From an uncultured Lentisphaeria bacterium (GTDB taxonomy: Bacteria; Verrucomicrobiota; Lentisphaeria; Victivallales; Victivallaceae): DNA of 31,079 bases. The DNA lies in contig CASFXO010000097.1 of assembly GCA_949298665.1 (NCBI GenBank), forward strand, positions 1-31,079, read 5' to 3'. Positions within the stretch are counted from its first letter, which is position 1; every line of letters begins with the position of its first letter. Below are positions 7,782-16,323 of the stretch, piece by piece. A program made the translations under genes and the position numbers. The notes beneath the pieces were generated by a model. That model was not told the DNA's origin and made no database searches. It saw nothing but the letters and a program-made list of their open reading frames with translations.

Positions 7782-9803
7782 ATGAAATTCCCGACGCGCG
7801 ACAATCGACCGCAGCCTTTCGGACGGGATCCGTATCTGGCGCCTTATGCCGGCGACCTGGAACGGCGACAACTGGCGGCGGCCGCCGCCCGGCGGCGACT
7901 GTTGCGCGGGGGACCGGAGACGCTGGCGGCATTCGCTTCCGGGCACGAGTATTACGGACTGCATTTCCGGGAGGGGGAATGGGTGTTCCGGGAGTGGGCG
8001 CCGCATGCCTGCGCGGTCACGCTGATCGGGGAGATGTCCGGCTGGAAGGCTTTGCCGGCGTTTGCCCTGTACCGGTTGAGTGACCGGGGTGACTGGGAAA
8101 TTCGGCTGAGCGCGGAGCGGTTGTGGCACGGCATGCATTACCGGCTGCTGATGGAGTGGCCGGGGGGAAGGGGGGAACGGCTGCCGAGTTATGCGCGTTA
8201 CGTGGTGCAGGACGAGCGGAGCGGAATCTTTTCCGCGCGGGTCTGGCGGCCGGAGCGGCCTTATCGGTTCCGGTACGAACCTCCGGAACCGTTTCCGGCG
8301 CCGCTGATTTACGAGTCTCATGTCGGCATGGCGCAGGAACGGGCCGGGGTGGGGACGTTCCGCGAATACCGGGAGACGGTACTTCCGCGCATTGCCCGGT
8401 CCGGTTACAATACGGTGCAGTTGATGGCGATCATGGGGCATCCGTATTACGGATCGTTCGGTTATCATGTGGCGAACTTTTTTTCCATAGCGGGGCGTTT
8501 CGGAACGCCGGACGATTTCCGGGAGCTGGTGGATGCGGCGCATGGGCTGGGGCTGCGGGTGATCATGGATCTGGTGCATTCCCACGCGGTGCGCAACGAG
8601 GTGGAAGGACTGGGACGGTTCGACGGAGAGCGCAGCACCTATTTTCATGCCGGAGAACGGGGGGAGCACCGGGCATGGGATTCGCTGTGCTTCGATTACG
8701 GCAAGACGGAGGTGTTGCATTTTCTGCTTTCCAACTGTCGTTTCTGGCTGGACGAATACCGGGTGGACGGTTACCGGTTCGACGGGGTAACCAGCATGCT
8801 GTACCGGCATCACGGATTGGGGCGGGCGTTTTCCGGGTACGCCGACTATTTCGGCGGCGAGGTGGATGAGGAGGCGCTGACGTATCTGACGCTGGCCAAC
8901 GAGGTGATTCACGCGGTGCGGCCCGACGCCGTGACCGTGGCGGAGGACGTCAGCGGCATGCCCGGACTGGCGGTGCCGATCCGGGAAGGTGGCGCCGGTT
9001 TCGACTACCGCATGGCGATGGGGGTGACCGACATGTGGTTCAAGCTGTTCGATCTGCCGGACGAGACGTGGAACATGGGTTACATGTACCACGAATTGAC
9101 CAACCGGCGGCCGGATGAGCGGACGGTCAGTTATGTGGAGTGTCACGATCAGGCCATTGTCGGCGGACAGACGGCGATTTTCCGTCTGGCGGGGGCGGCG
9201 ATGTACAATGCCATGCGCCGCGATTCCGGAGACAGCCGGGTGGACCGGGCGGTGGCGCTGCATAAGCTGACGCGGCTGGCGACCGCGGCGGCGGCGGGAC
9301 ACGGCTATTTGAATTTCATGGGGAATGAATTCGGGCATCCGGAGTGGATCGATTTTCCGCGGGAGGGGAACGGATGGTCGTATAACTACGCCCGGCGGCA
9401 GTGGTCGCTGGCGGAGGATGAGACGCTGCGATACGGGCAACTGGAGGCGTTTGACCGGGCGATGCTGGCGCTGCTGCGGGGAAAAGGGAATTTTTATGAT
9501 TGCGCGCCGCAGCGGATGCGGTGTGATGAAGAGCGGAAGATTCTGGTGTTTGAACGCGCGGGGTGTTTTTTCGTGTTTAACTTTCATCCGACGGATTCGG
9601 CGGCGGATTACGCCCTGGAATTTCCGCCGGGAGCTTATCGGATTGTTTTGAACAGCGACGCGGCCGCTTTCGGCGGGTTTGACCGGATTGACTGCGGCAT
9701 GACTTATGAAACCGCCGCGGTGCCGGATGGGAAGGGGAGGTCCCACCAGGCGCTGCGGCTGTATCTGCCGTGCCGGACCGCGCTGGTTTTGCAGAAGGCG
9801 TGA
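7782..9803 (+). CDS. glgB: 1,4-alpha-glucan branching enzyme, GH13_8 (eukaryote/Bacteroidota type)
   Basis: FREWAP, YESHVGM, SFGYHV, YRFDGVTSMLY (nucleophile Asp at 8781-8783), VAEDVSGMP, ECHDQ and YLNFMGNEFGHPEWIDFPREGN. ATG 7782 follows SD GAGGGA; GTG 7770 overlapping the glgA stop is an alternative start. Confidence 0.94.
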   Translation: MKFPTRDNRPQPFGRDPYLAPYAGDLERRQLAAAAARRRLLRGGPETLAAFASGHEYYGLHFREGEWVFREWAPHACAVTLIGEMSGWKALPAFALYRLSDRGDWEIRLSAERLWHGMHYRLLMEWPGGRGERLPSYARYVVQDERSGIFSARVWRPERPYRFRYEPPEPFPAPLIYESHVGMAQERAGVGTFREYRETVLPRIARSGYNTVQLMAIMGHPYYGSFGYHVANFFSIAGRFGTPDDFRELVDAAHGLGLRVIMDLVHSHAVRNEVEGLGRFDGERSTYFHAGERGEHRAWDSLCFDYGKTEVLHFLLSNCRFWLDEYRVDGYRFDGVTSMLYRHHGLGRAFSGYADYFGGEVDEEALTYLTLANEVIHAVRPDAVTVAEDVSGMPGLAVPIREGGAGFDYRMAMGVTDMWFKLFDLPDETWNMGYMYHELTNRRPDERTVSYVECHDQAIVGGQTAIFRLAGAAMYNAMRRDSGDSRVDRAVALHKLTRLATAAAAGHGYLNFMGNEFGHPEWIDFPREGNGWSYNYARRQWSLAEDETLRYGQLEAFDRAMLALLRGKGNFYDCAPQRMRCDEERKILVFERAGCFFVFNFHPTDSAADYALEFPPGAYRIVLNSDAAAFGGFDRIDCGMTYETAAVPDGKGRSHQALRLYLPCRTALVLQKA

Positions 9804-9825
9804 GCGCCACAGGAGGACGGGAGCG

Positions 9826-11136
9826 ATGAGTGAGACGATTCACTACGAATTGAAACGGGAAGTGCCGGTGACGGCGGAAGCGGATGTGGTGGTGTGCGGC
9901 GCCGGACCGGGAGGATTTACCGCGGCGGTGACGGCGGCGCGCAACGGAGCGGACGTCGTGTTGATTGAGCGTTACGGTTTTCCCGGCGGGATGGCGTCGG
10001 TGGGCGAGGTGACCCCGTTCATGTGCAGTCATTCGCACGGTCTGCCGCTGGACCGGCCGCTTTACGGGGAATGGATCGATGCCATGCGCCGGTACCTGCC
10101 GGGCAAGGTGGCGCCGCACGCCGAAAACCGGGTGGAGAACGACGAAGAGCGCATGATTTCCAAAAATCTGGCGATGCTGGCGGTGGAGGACCTCTGTCAG
10201 GCGGCCGGGGTACGGCTGATGTACCACCATACGCTGTTTGACGTGCAGCGCGAGGGGGAACGGATTACCGGGGTGATTCTGTCCGGCAAGGACGGATTGA
10301 GCGCGGTGCGCGGCAAGGTGTTTGTGGACGGAACCGGCGACGGGGACCTGGCGGCGCTGGCGGGAGTCCCGTTTGAATACGGCGATGAGGAAGGCAACTG
10401 CCAGCCGATGACGCTGTGTTTCAAATTGAGCGGTGTGGACCGGTCCCGGATGCCGTCGCGGGCGGAGGTCAATGCCCTGTACGACCGGGCGAAGGCCGCC
10501 GGAAAAATCCGGTGCCTGCGGGAAAACGTATTGATGTTTGATGATCTGGAGCCGGATGTGATGCATTTCAACACCACGCGGGTGGTGCTGAAGAGCGCGT
10601 TGAACGCGCGGGAGCTGTCGGAGGCGGAAATCGATGCCCGGCGGCAGCTGCGGGAATATCTGGCGTTTCTGCGGGAATATGTACCGGGGTTCGAACGGGC
10701 CGCGGTGCATTCGATCGCGCATCATATCGGGGTGCGGGAATCGCGCCGGATTCGGGGACGGCGTTATTTGACGGTGGCGGCGTTCGAGCGGGCGGAGAAA
10801 TTTCCGGATGCGATCGCCCGGGTGAGTTATGACGTGGACATTCACAATCCGAAGGGCACCGGAACGGTGATCCGGCGGCTGCCGCCGGACGACTGGTATG
10901 AAATTCCTTATGGCTGTATTGTGGCGGAAGGGTGCGACAATCTGCTGATCGGGAGCCGCTGCATCTCCGTGGACCATACGCTGCACAGTTCCATGCGGGT
11001 GATGCCGCCGGTCTGTTCGATCGGGCAGGCTGCGGGAATGGCCGCGGCGATGGCGCTGGCGGCGGGGACGACGCCGGCGGCGCTGGACGGTGTGGCGGTG
11101 CGGGAGAAACTGCGCGCCTTCGGGGCATATTTGTAA
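9826..11136 (+). CDS. FAD-dependent oxidoreductase (PF12831-like), substrate unknown
   Basis: DVVVCGAGPGG Rossmann motif, FVDGTGDGDLA, RESRR, YEIPYGC, RCISVD, GQAAGMAAA. SD AGGAGG precedes ATG 9826. Confidence 0.9.
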   Translation: MSETIHYELKREVPVTAEADVVVCGAGPGGFTAAVTAARNGADVVLIERYGFPGGMASVGEVTPFMCSHSHGLPLDRPLYGEWIDAMRRYLPGKVAPHAENRVENDEERMISKNLAMLAVEDLCQAAGVRLMYHHTLFDVQREGERITGVILSGKDGLSAVRGKVFVDGTGDGDLAALAGVPFEYGDEEGNCQPMTLCFKLSGVDRSRMPSRAEVNALYDRAKAAGKIRCLRENVLMFDDLEPDVMHFNTTRVVLKSALNARELSEAEIDARRQLREYLAFLREYVPGFERAAVHSIAHHIGVRESRRIRGRRYLTVAAFERAEKFPDAIARVSYDVDIHNPKGTGTVIRRLPPDDWYEIPYGCIVAEGCDNLLIGSRCISVDHTLHSSMRVMPPVCSIGQAAGMAAAMALAAGTTPAALDGVAVREKLRAFGAYL

Positions 11137-11138
11137 AC

Positions 11139-13193
11139 ATGACGGATTCCGGCATCCGCCGGTGTCGCGCAGAGAGCGGCGCCGGCGCCGGGAAGTTACG
11201 GGTGGGACGGTTCGGGGAGCGAAGAGACGGGGTGGAGGGGTTTTACGCGATACTGCTGGCTGTGCTGGAGATGACGTTCGTATTCGTCGGACTCGGGTTG
11301 CTGCACAGTCAGCGCAAGGTGATCGGGTCGGCGTCGTTTTATCTGTCGCTGGGACTGCTGTTTTTGTTCGCACAGCTGGTGTGTGCGGCCGATTTCCGGG
11401 CGGTGCTGGTGGGGACGCTGGATTTCCAGATCGGACCGACCGTGCTGTTTCTGCCGTACCTGGCGGCGTTGCTGCTGGTGTACATTACGGAGGGGACGCT
11501 GGCGGCGCAGCGACTGATCATCGGATCGCTGGTGCTTTTCGGGCTGTATCTGTATCTGGGGGAAATCACCCGGCTGCAATGTTCCTGGACCGGGTATTCG
11601 ATTTCTTCCGGACTGTCGGCGGAGGCGCTGGATTTTCTCCTGCGCGAAAGCCGCCGGTCGATGGTGGCGCTGGTGCTGGCGCATCTGCTGGATCTGTTCA
11701 TGCTGCCGATCATCTTCACCCGGCTGAAGACGGCACACTGCCGGTTGTTTTTCTGCGTGCTGGGGGCGCTGGCCTTCACCCAGATCGCGGACTCGCTGCT
11801 GTACGTGACGGTGCTGTACTGGGATCGGCCGAATCAGTTCGAGTTTCTGACCGGAGCCTTTCTGGCCCGTTCGGCGGCCACTCTGTGGCTGAGCATGCTG
11901 CTGACGGTTTATCTGCGGAAGATTGAAAGCGAAGCCGAGCCGCATGGCCGCAGTACGCTGGATATCGTCTTCGCCTTTTTCGGTGGTTATGGGCGTTCGA
12001 AGTTGCTGGAAGAGAGCCTGCGGGAATGGGAAGGGCGCTACCAGCAGGTGCTGCGCAACGCCAGCGAATTGATCGTGCTGCTCAATCCCGAGGGACGGGT
12101 GCTGGACGCGAATCTGGCGGCGGCCCGGATTCTGCATATGGAATCACCGTCGGAGATGATCGGGATGAAGTTTTTCCAGTGGATGCGCAATCCGGACGGG
12201 ACGCTGTTCCGCCCGGCGCTTTCCGGGGACGGGGAACATCTGTCGCCGGAGAAAGGGGTGTCGCGCTTTCAGGTGCTGCTGGGGGGGCCGCGCCCGGAAC
12301 GGGAACGGCTGATTTCCTGTTCGCTGTCGTTGCAGCGGCTGAAGGCGCGCCCGGTACTGGTGCTGATCGGTCGCGATGTGACGGAGGAGGCGCGGCTGGA
12401 AAAGGAACGCGAACGCCTGAGCGAACAGCTGGCGCACGCCCAGCGGATTGAATCCCTGGGGCAGCTCGCGGGGGGGATCGCGCACGATTTCAACAACCAC
12501 ATTCACGCGATTCTCGGACACGTGGACGTGATCAACTACATGCATGCCCCGAGCGACCCGGAGGTGGCGCGTCATCTGGGCAAGATCGCGGAAATCGCCG
12601 AGCAGTCCGGGCGACTCACCGGTCAGTTGCTGGGGTTCGCCCGCAAGGGAAAATATCAGATCGCCGATCTGGATCTGCGGGAATTGACGGAAACCTGCAT
12701 CGGCATGATGCTGCCTAAAAGTCAGACCGGACTGGATATCGAATTTCAACCTCCGGCGGTGCCGATGATCGTGCGCGGGGACAGAATTCAATTGCAGCAG
12801 GTGCTGCTGAATCTGATGCTCAACGCGCGTGACGCCACCGAGCGGAATGCCGGGCGCCGCCTGCTGGAGCTGGTGTTGTGCGAGGCGGCTGAGTGCGGTG
12901 TCCGGATCGAGCCGCCGCCGGAGATGCGCAAAAATCCGCCGCTGCGGGATTTCTATTGCATCATCGTGCGGGACAACGGGCACGGGATGGACGCCGATAC
13001 GCTGCGGAAGGTGTTCGAACCGTTTTTCACCACCAAGCCGGTGGGGCAGGGCACCGGGATGGGGCTGGCGATGGTGTACGGTACCGTGACCAGTCATCAC
13101 GGCTGGGTGCAGGTATCCAGCCGTCCGGGCGAAGGGACGGCTTTCTACGTGTTTCTGCCGAAGGCGGCGGCGGAAGGCGAAGCCCAGGGGTAA
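11139..13193 (+). CDS. Sensor histidine kinase: multi-TM VUT/YhhQ-like domain, PAS, HisKA, HATPase (no receiver domain)
   Basis: H-box [11 protein letters not shown] (His at 12483-12485), N-box [37 protein letters not shown]-like segment ([18 protein letters not shown]). Hydrophobic N-terminal domain. Start uncertain: ATG 11139 or GTG 11232. Confidence 0.92.
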   Translation: MTDSGIRRCRAESGAGAGKLRVGRFGERRDGVEGFYAILLAVLEMTFVFVGLGLLHSQRKVIGSASFYLSLGLLFLFAQLVCAADFRAVLVGTLDFQIGPTVLFLPYLAALLLVYITEGTLAAQRLIIGSLVLFGLYLYLGEITRLQCSWTGYSISSGLSAEALDFLLRESRRSMVALVLAHLLDLFMLPIIFTRLKTAHCRLFFCVLGALAFTQIADSLLYVTVLYWDRPNQFEFLTGAFLARSAATLWLSMLLTVYLRKIESEAEPHGRSTLDIVFAFFGGYGRSKLLEESLREWEGRYQQVLRNASELIVLLNPEGRVLDANLAAARILHMESPSEMIGMKFFQWMRNPDGTLFRPALSGDGEHLSPEKGVSRFQVLLGGPRPERERLISCSLSLQRLKARPVLVLIGRDVTEEARLEKERERLSEQLAHAQRIESLGQLAGGIAHDFNNHIHAILGHVDVINYMHAPSDPEVARHLGKIAEIAEQSGRLTGQLLGFARKGKYQIADLDLRELTETCIGMMLPKSQTGLDIEFQPPAVPMIVRGDRIQLQQVLLNLMLNARDATERNAGRRLLELVLCEAAECGVRIEPPPEMRKNPPLRDFYCIIVRDNGHGMDADTLRKVFEPFFTTKPVGQGTGMGLAMVYGTVTSHHGWVQVSSRPGEGTAFYVFLPKAAAEGEAQG

Positions 13194-13200
13194 AAACCGT

Positions 13201-14019
13201 TCAGTGTTTTGTGTCACCGGCGCGGTAGCGGCCCGGAGAAATGCCTTTTTTACGTTTGAACAGGGCCGCGAAATGGTATTCGCCGGCAAATCCCAGTGCA
13301 TCCGCAATTTCCTTGAGGCCGCGATTGGAATGTCGCAGCAGCTGCATGGCCACCTCCAGTTTCCGATCGAGCAGATATTGACGCGGCGTGCTGCCGAAAT
13401 CCTTTCGGAAAATCCGGATGGCCTGAGCCGGGGAACGGCGGATGGCCCGCCCCAGTTCCGCCGCCGTCGGCGCGGGGGTGTGCAGGTGTTGCTCCAGAAG
13501 TTCCCGCATGGCCAGTCCCGCCGGAGTGTGGCCGGACGGGATCTGCTCCGCCAGCTGAACGGCGGCCGTCGCCGTAATCTCCATCAACAGCCGGGGCATG
13601 ATCCGGGTATGGGCGTCGTGGGGATGGCGGTGCAGTTCCCGCAGTCCTTCCCGGAAGAGTTCCGGCCTCCGGAAATGATGAACCAGAGTCCGTCGCCGCA
13701 GCCGGTGGAGATCGAACAGCGCGTCGGCCAGCGGCCCGCAGACATTGAACCAGTATTTGATCCATGGATTTTCCGCGTCGGAGTGGTAATGATTTTCCGT
13801 ATGGGAAGGGATCAGATACAGATCGCCGGTTTCAGGCCGGGTGATTTCGCCGTCGATTTCCACGACGCCGCGTCCGGAGGCGACGTATTCGAGGACACAG
13901 GTGGGGGTGTTCCGGCGGCTGATCCGATAGCTGCCGTCACAGTAACTGATCCCGGCCAGCTCCAGGCGCAACGGCCAGTCGGCAGGCGGCGGGGGCGGAA
14001 TGAAGATTTCTTCCTGCAT
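13201..14019 (-). CDS. AraC-family transcriptional regulator (cupin plus double HTH)
   Basis: N-terminal cupin (LEYVASGRG...GDLYLIP...H.YHSD..NPW.KYW). C-terminal FRKDFGSTPRQY, LKEIADALGF...HF..LFKRKKGISPGRYR. ATG 14019 preferred. Confidence 0.93.
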   Translation of the reverse strand: MQEEIFIPPPPPADWPLRLELAGISYCDGSYRISRRNTPTCVLEYVASGRGVVEIDGEITRPETGDLYLIPSHTENHYHSDAENPWIKYWFNVCGPLADALFDLHRLRRRTLVHHFRRPELFREGLRELHRHPHDAHTRIMPRLLMEITATAAVQLAEQIPSGHTPAGLAMRELLEQHLHTPAPTAAELGRAIRRSPAQAIRIFRKDFGSTPRQYLLDRKLEVAMQLLRHSNRGLKEIADALGFAGEYHFAALFKRKKGISPGRYRAGDTKH

Positions 14020-14053
14020 GTTCGTTTTGTATATTTTTTTGCGTATTTTATCA

Positions 14054-14082
14054 TTCAAAAAGCGGCAATTCTTTATTATAAT
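14054..14082 (+). promoter_or_regulatory. Putative sigma70 promoter for the DUF4965 gene
   Basis: TTCAAA (14054-14059), 17 nt, TATAAT (14077-14082). Confidence 0.6.
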
Positions 14083-14102
14083 ATATAAAAACTTTTTTTC
14101 AA
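14075..14102 (-). promoter_or_regulatory. Putative sigma70 promoter for the AraC gene
   Basis: Minus strand TTGAAA (14102-14097), 16 nt, TATAAT (14080-14075). Confidence 0.55.
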
Positions 14103-14194
14103 TTCAACCCTGAAGCATGACCATTTTTCCGAGCACCTGGCCGATTCCATGACGGTGGGCATGCCGGAAATAAAACAGCAAGGAGAACGGGCCG

Positions 14195-16216
14195 ATGATG
14201 ATGACACCCTTCCGTCCACCCGCCGTACCGTTGTTGACGGTGGATCCCTATTTCAGCGTCTGGTCGATGGCGGATCGACTGTTTGACAACGATCCCTGCC
14301 ACTGGAGCGGCGTGCCCAATGCGTTGAATCTGATGCTGCGCATCGACGGCGTCCCGTGGCGCGTGATGGGATTGCTGAAGCCGCAGCTGCGCCACAGCCG
14401 CAACTGCAATACGCAACAGCCGATGGGGATGGAGCAGCGGGCGCTGGAAGTCCGGCCGGTGACGACGCATTATGAATTTTACGCCGCCGGAGTGCGGCTG
14501 ACGCTGGATTTCCGGACGCCGTTTCTGCCGGACGACCGGCAGGCGATGATGCGTCCGGTCTCCTATGTGGAATGGACGGTGGCGGCCGGGGACGGGCGGA
14601 AACACCGGGTGGAACTGTATTTCGACGTATCGGCGGAGCTGTGCGTCAATGATGGGACCGAGGCGGTGGACGGCCGGCGCGAGAACATCGGTGGACGACC
14701 GGCGCTCTCCTTCGGCAACCGGGAACAGCGGCCGTTGTGGCGTTCCGGCGACGACGTTCGGATCGACTGGGGACGGATCTGGCTGAACGCTCCGGCGGAA
14801 AGTAGGGCTGTGATCGGTACGGCGGAGTTGCGTCGCCGTTTTGCCGCCGGTGAGGATTGGCCGGAGGCGGATGAACTGCCGGGGACGGTACCGGTGGCGC
14901 AGACGCTGCCGGTGATGGCCTGTCGTCAGGATTTCGGTCTGGTCGATGGAAAGGAGCGGAGCGCCTTTGCAGTGGTGGCTTACGATGACGTATGGTCGGT
15001 GGAATATTTCGGCACCCGGCTGGCGGCGGCCTGGCGCCGGGAGGAACCGGATTTCCGGCGGATGCTGGAGGCGGCGACGGCGGAGTACGAAGGTCTTGCC
15101 GCAAGCTGCGACCGCCTGGACGCGGAACTGACGGCCGAGGCGGAAGCGATCGGGGGAAGGAAATATGCCGCAATCTGCGCGCTGGCCTGGCGTCAGGCGC
15201 TTGCCGCACACAAAATGGTTTACGATGAAAACGGAGAACTGTTGTTTTTCTCCAAGGAGAACTTCAGCGGCGGTTTCATCGGCACGGTGGATGTGAGTTA
15301 TCCCTCCATGCCGCTCTTTCTGCGCTTCTGTCCGGAACTGGTGCGGGGGCTGATGCGACCGATTTTCCGTTATGCCTCAAGTCCGGACTGGCAGTACGAA
15401 TTCGCGCCGCACGACGTCGGGCGTTATCCGCTGGCCAACGGTCAGTTGTACGGAGACAACCAGCTGGAATATCAGATGCCGGTGGAGGAATGCGGCAACA
15501 TGCTGCTGATGGCCGGGGCGGTGGCCCGGGCCGAACCCGATACGGAATTCACGGCGGAAGAGTGGCGGCTGCTGCGGCGTTGGGCGACTTACCTGTCGCG
15601 GACCGGTCTGGAATTGGAACGGCAGTTGTGCACCGACGATTTTGCCGGGCATCTGGCGGGGAATGCCAATCTGGCGATCAAGGGGATCCTCGGCATCGGC
15701 GCTTTTGCGCAGCTGTGTGAAAAACGGGGAGAGCCTGAGGACGCGGCAACTTTCCTTGCCCGGGCCCGGGAACTGGCGCGGGAATGGCTGGTGCGGGCGG
15801 CGGGCGACGGCCATACCGTGCTGGCTTTCGGCGCGGCGGACAGCTGGAGTCTCAAATACAATCTGGTCTGGGACCGGCTGCTGGGCTTGAATCTGTTTCC
15901 GGAGGAACTGGCCGCGGCGGAAGTGCGGTCGTATCTGGGGCGGATTCTGCGTTACGGCGTGCCGCTGGACAACCGGAAAGCCTACACCAAGGCCGACTGG
16001 CTGGTCTGGGTGGCGTCGCTGGCGCGGGATCGGGCTGATTTCGAACGCCTGATTGCGCCGTTGTACCGGTTTCTGGAGGAAACGTCGAGCCGGATTCCGT
16101 TCGGCGACTGGTACGGCGTGACCGACGGTCTGGAACAGGGGTTCCGGGCGCGTTCGGTGGTGAGCGGCGTCTTCCTGCCGTTTCTGTCGCGGGAAGGGAG
16201 CGGTTTCGGCGCCTGA
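14195..16216 (+). CDS. DUF4965/DUF5127/DUF1793 'glutaminase A-like' protein, probably a glycoside-hydrolase-fold enzyme
   Basis: RPPAVPL...DPYFSVWS, FFSKE, GTVDV.YP, FAPHDVGRYP.ANGQ.Y, MPVEECGNML, QLCTDDFAG, LKYNL.WD, YTKADW. SD AAGGAG upstream. No signal peptide evident. Confidence 0.85.
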   Translation: MMMTPFRPPAVPLLTVDPYFSVWSMADRLFDNDPCHWSGVPNALNLMLRIDGVPWRVMGLLKPQLRHSRNCNTQQPMGMEQRALEVRPVTTHYEFYAAGVRLTLDFRTPFLPDDRQAMMRPVSYVEWTVAAGDGRKHRVELYFDVSAELCVNDGTEAVDGRRENIGGRPALSFGNREQRPLWRSGDDVRIDWGRIWLNAPAESRAVIGTAELRRRFAAGEDWPEADELPGTVPVAQTLPVMACRQDFGLVDGKERSAFAVVAYDDVWSVEYFGTRLAAAWRREEPDFRRMLEAATAEYEGLAASCDRLDAELTAEAEAIGGRKYAAICALAWRQALAAHKMVYDENGELLFFSKENFSGGFIGTVDVSYPSMPLFLRFCPELVRGLMRPIFRYASSPDWQYEFAPHDVGRYPLANGQLYGDNQLEYQMPVEECGNMLLMAGAVARAEPDTEFTAEEWRLLRRWATYLSRTGLELERQLCTDDFAGHLAGNANLAIKGILGIGAFAQLCEKRGEPEDAATFLARARELAREWLVRAAGDGHTVLAFGAADSWSLKYNLVWDRLLGLNLFPEELAAAEVRSYLGRILRYGVPLDNRKAYTKADWLVWVASLARDRADFERLIAPLYRFLEETSSRIPFGDWYGVTDGLEQGFRARSVVSGVFLPFLSREGSGFGA

Positions 16217-16252
16217 CCCATGAAAAAATGGGGGTCCCGTTGAAAACTGCGG

Positions 16253-16280
16253 TTGCTCCTTCGGCTTGTGGACGTATATT
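16253..16280 (+). promoter_or_regulatory. Possible promoter for the FAD oxidoreductase / decarboxylase / C-GCAxxG-C-C unit
   Basis: TTGCTC (16253-16258), 16 nt, TATATT (16275-16280). Weak consensus. Confidence 0.35.
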
Positions 16281-16323
16281 ATAGAAAACGATTCGCAACA
16301 GCGCAAAGAAGGAGATTCGCATC

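Noticed and set aside
9706-11138. Track N-terminal extensions (starts 9706 and 10932, also 242, 1934, 3074, 3618 and 14058)
   Set aside because: They overlap upstream genes or promoter regions and lack SD sites; downstream starts fit better.
6208-11373. Long antisense ORFs (6208..7932, 7737..9746, 9577..11373)
   Set aside because: Arg/Pro/His-rich shadow translations opposite glgA, glgB and the FAD oxidoreductase.
13194-14019. AraC protein as the cognate response regulator of the kinase
   Set aside because: Its N-terminus is a cupin-type domain with no receiver (DD...D...K) signature, and it is oriented toward the divergent DUF4965 gene.
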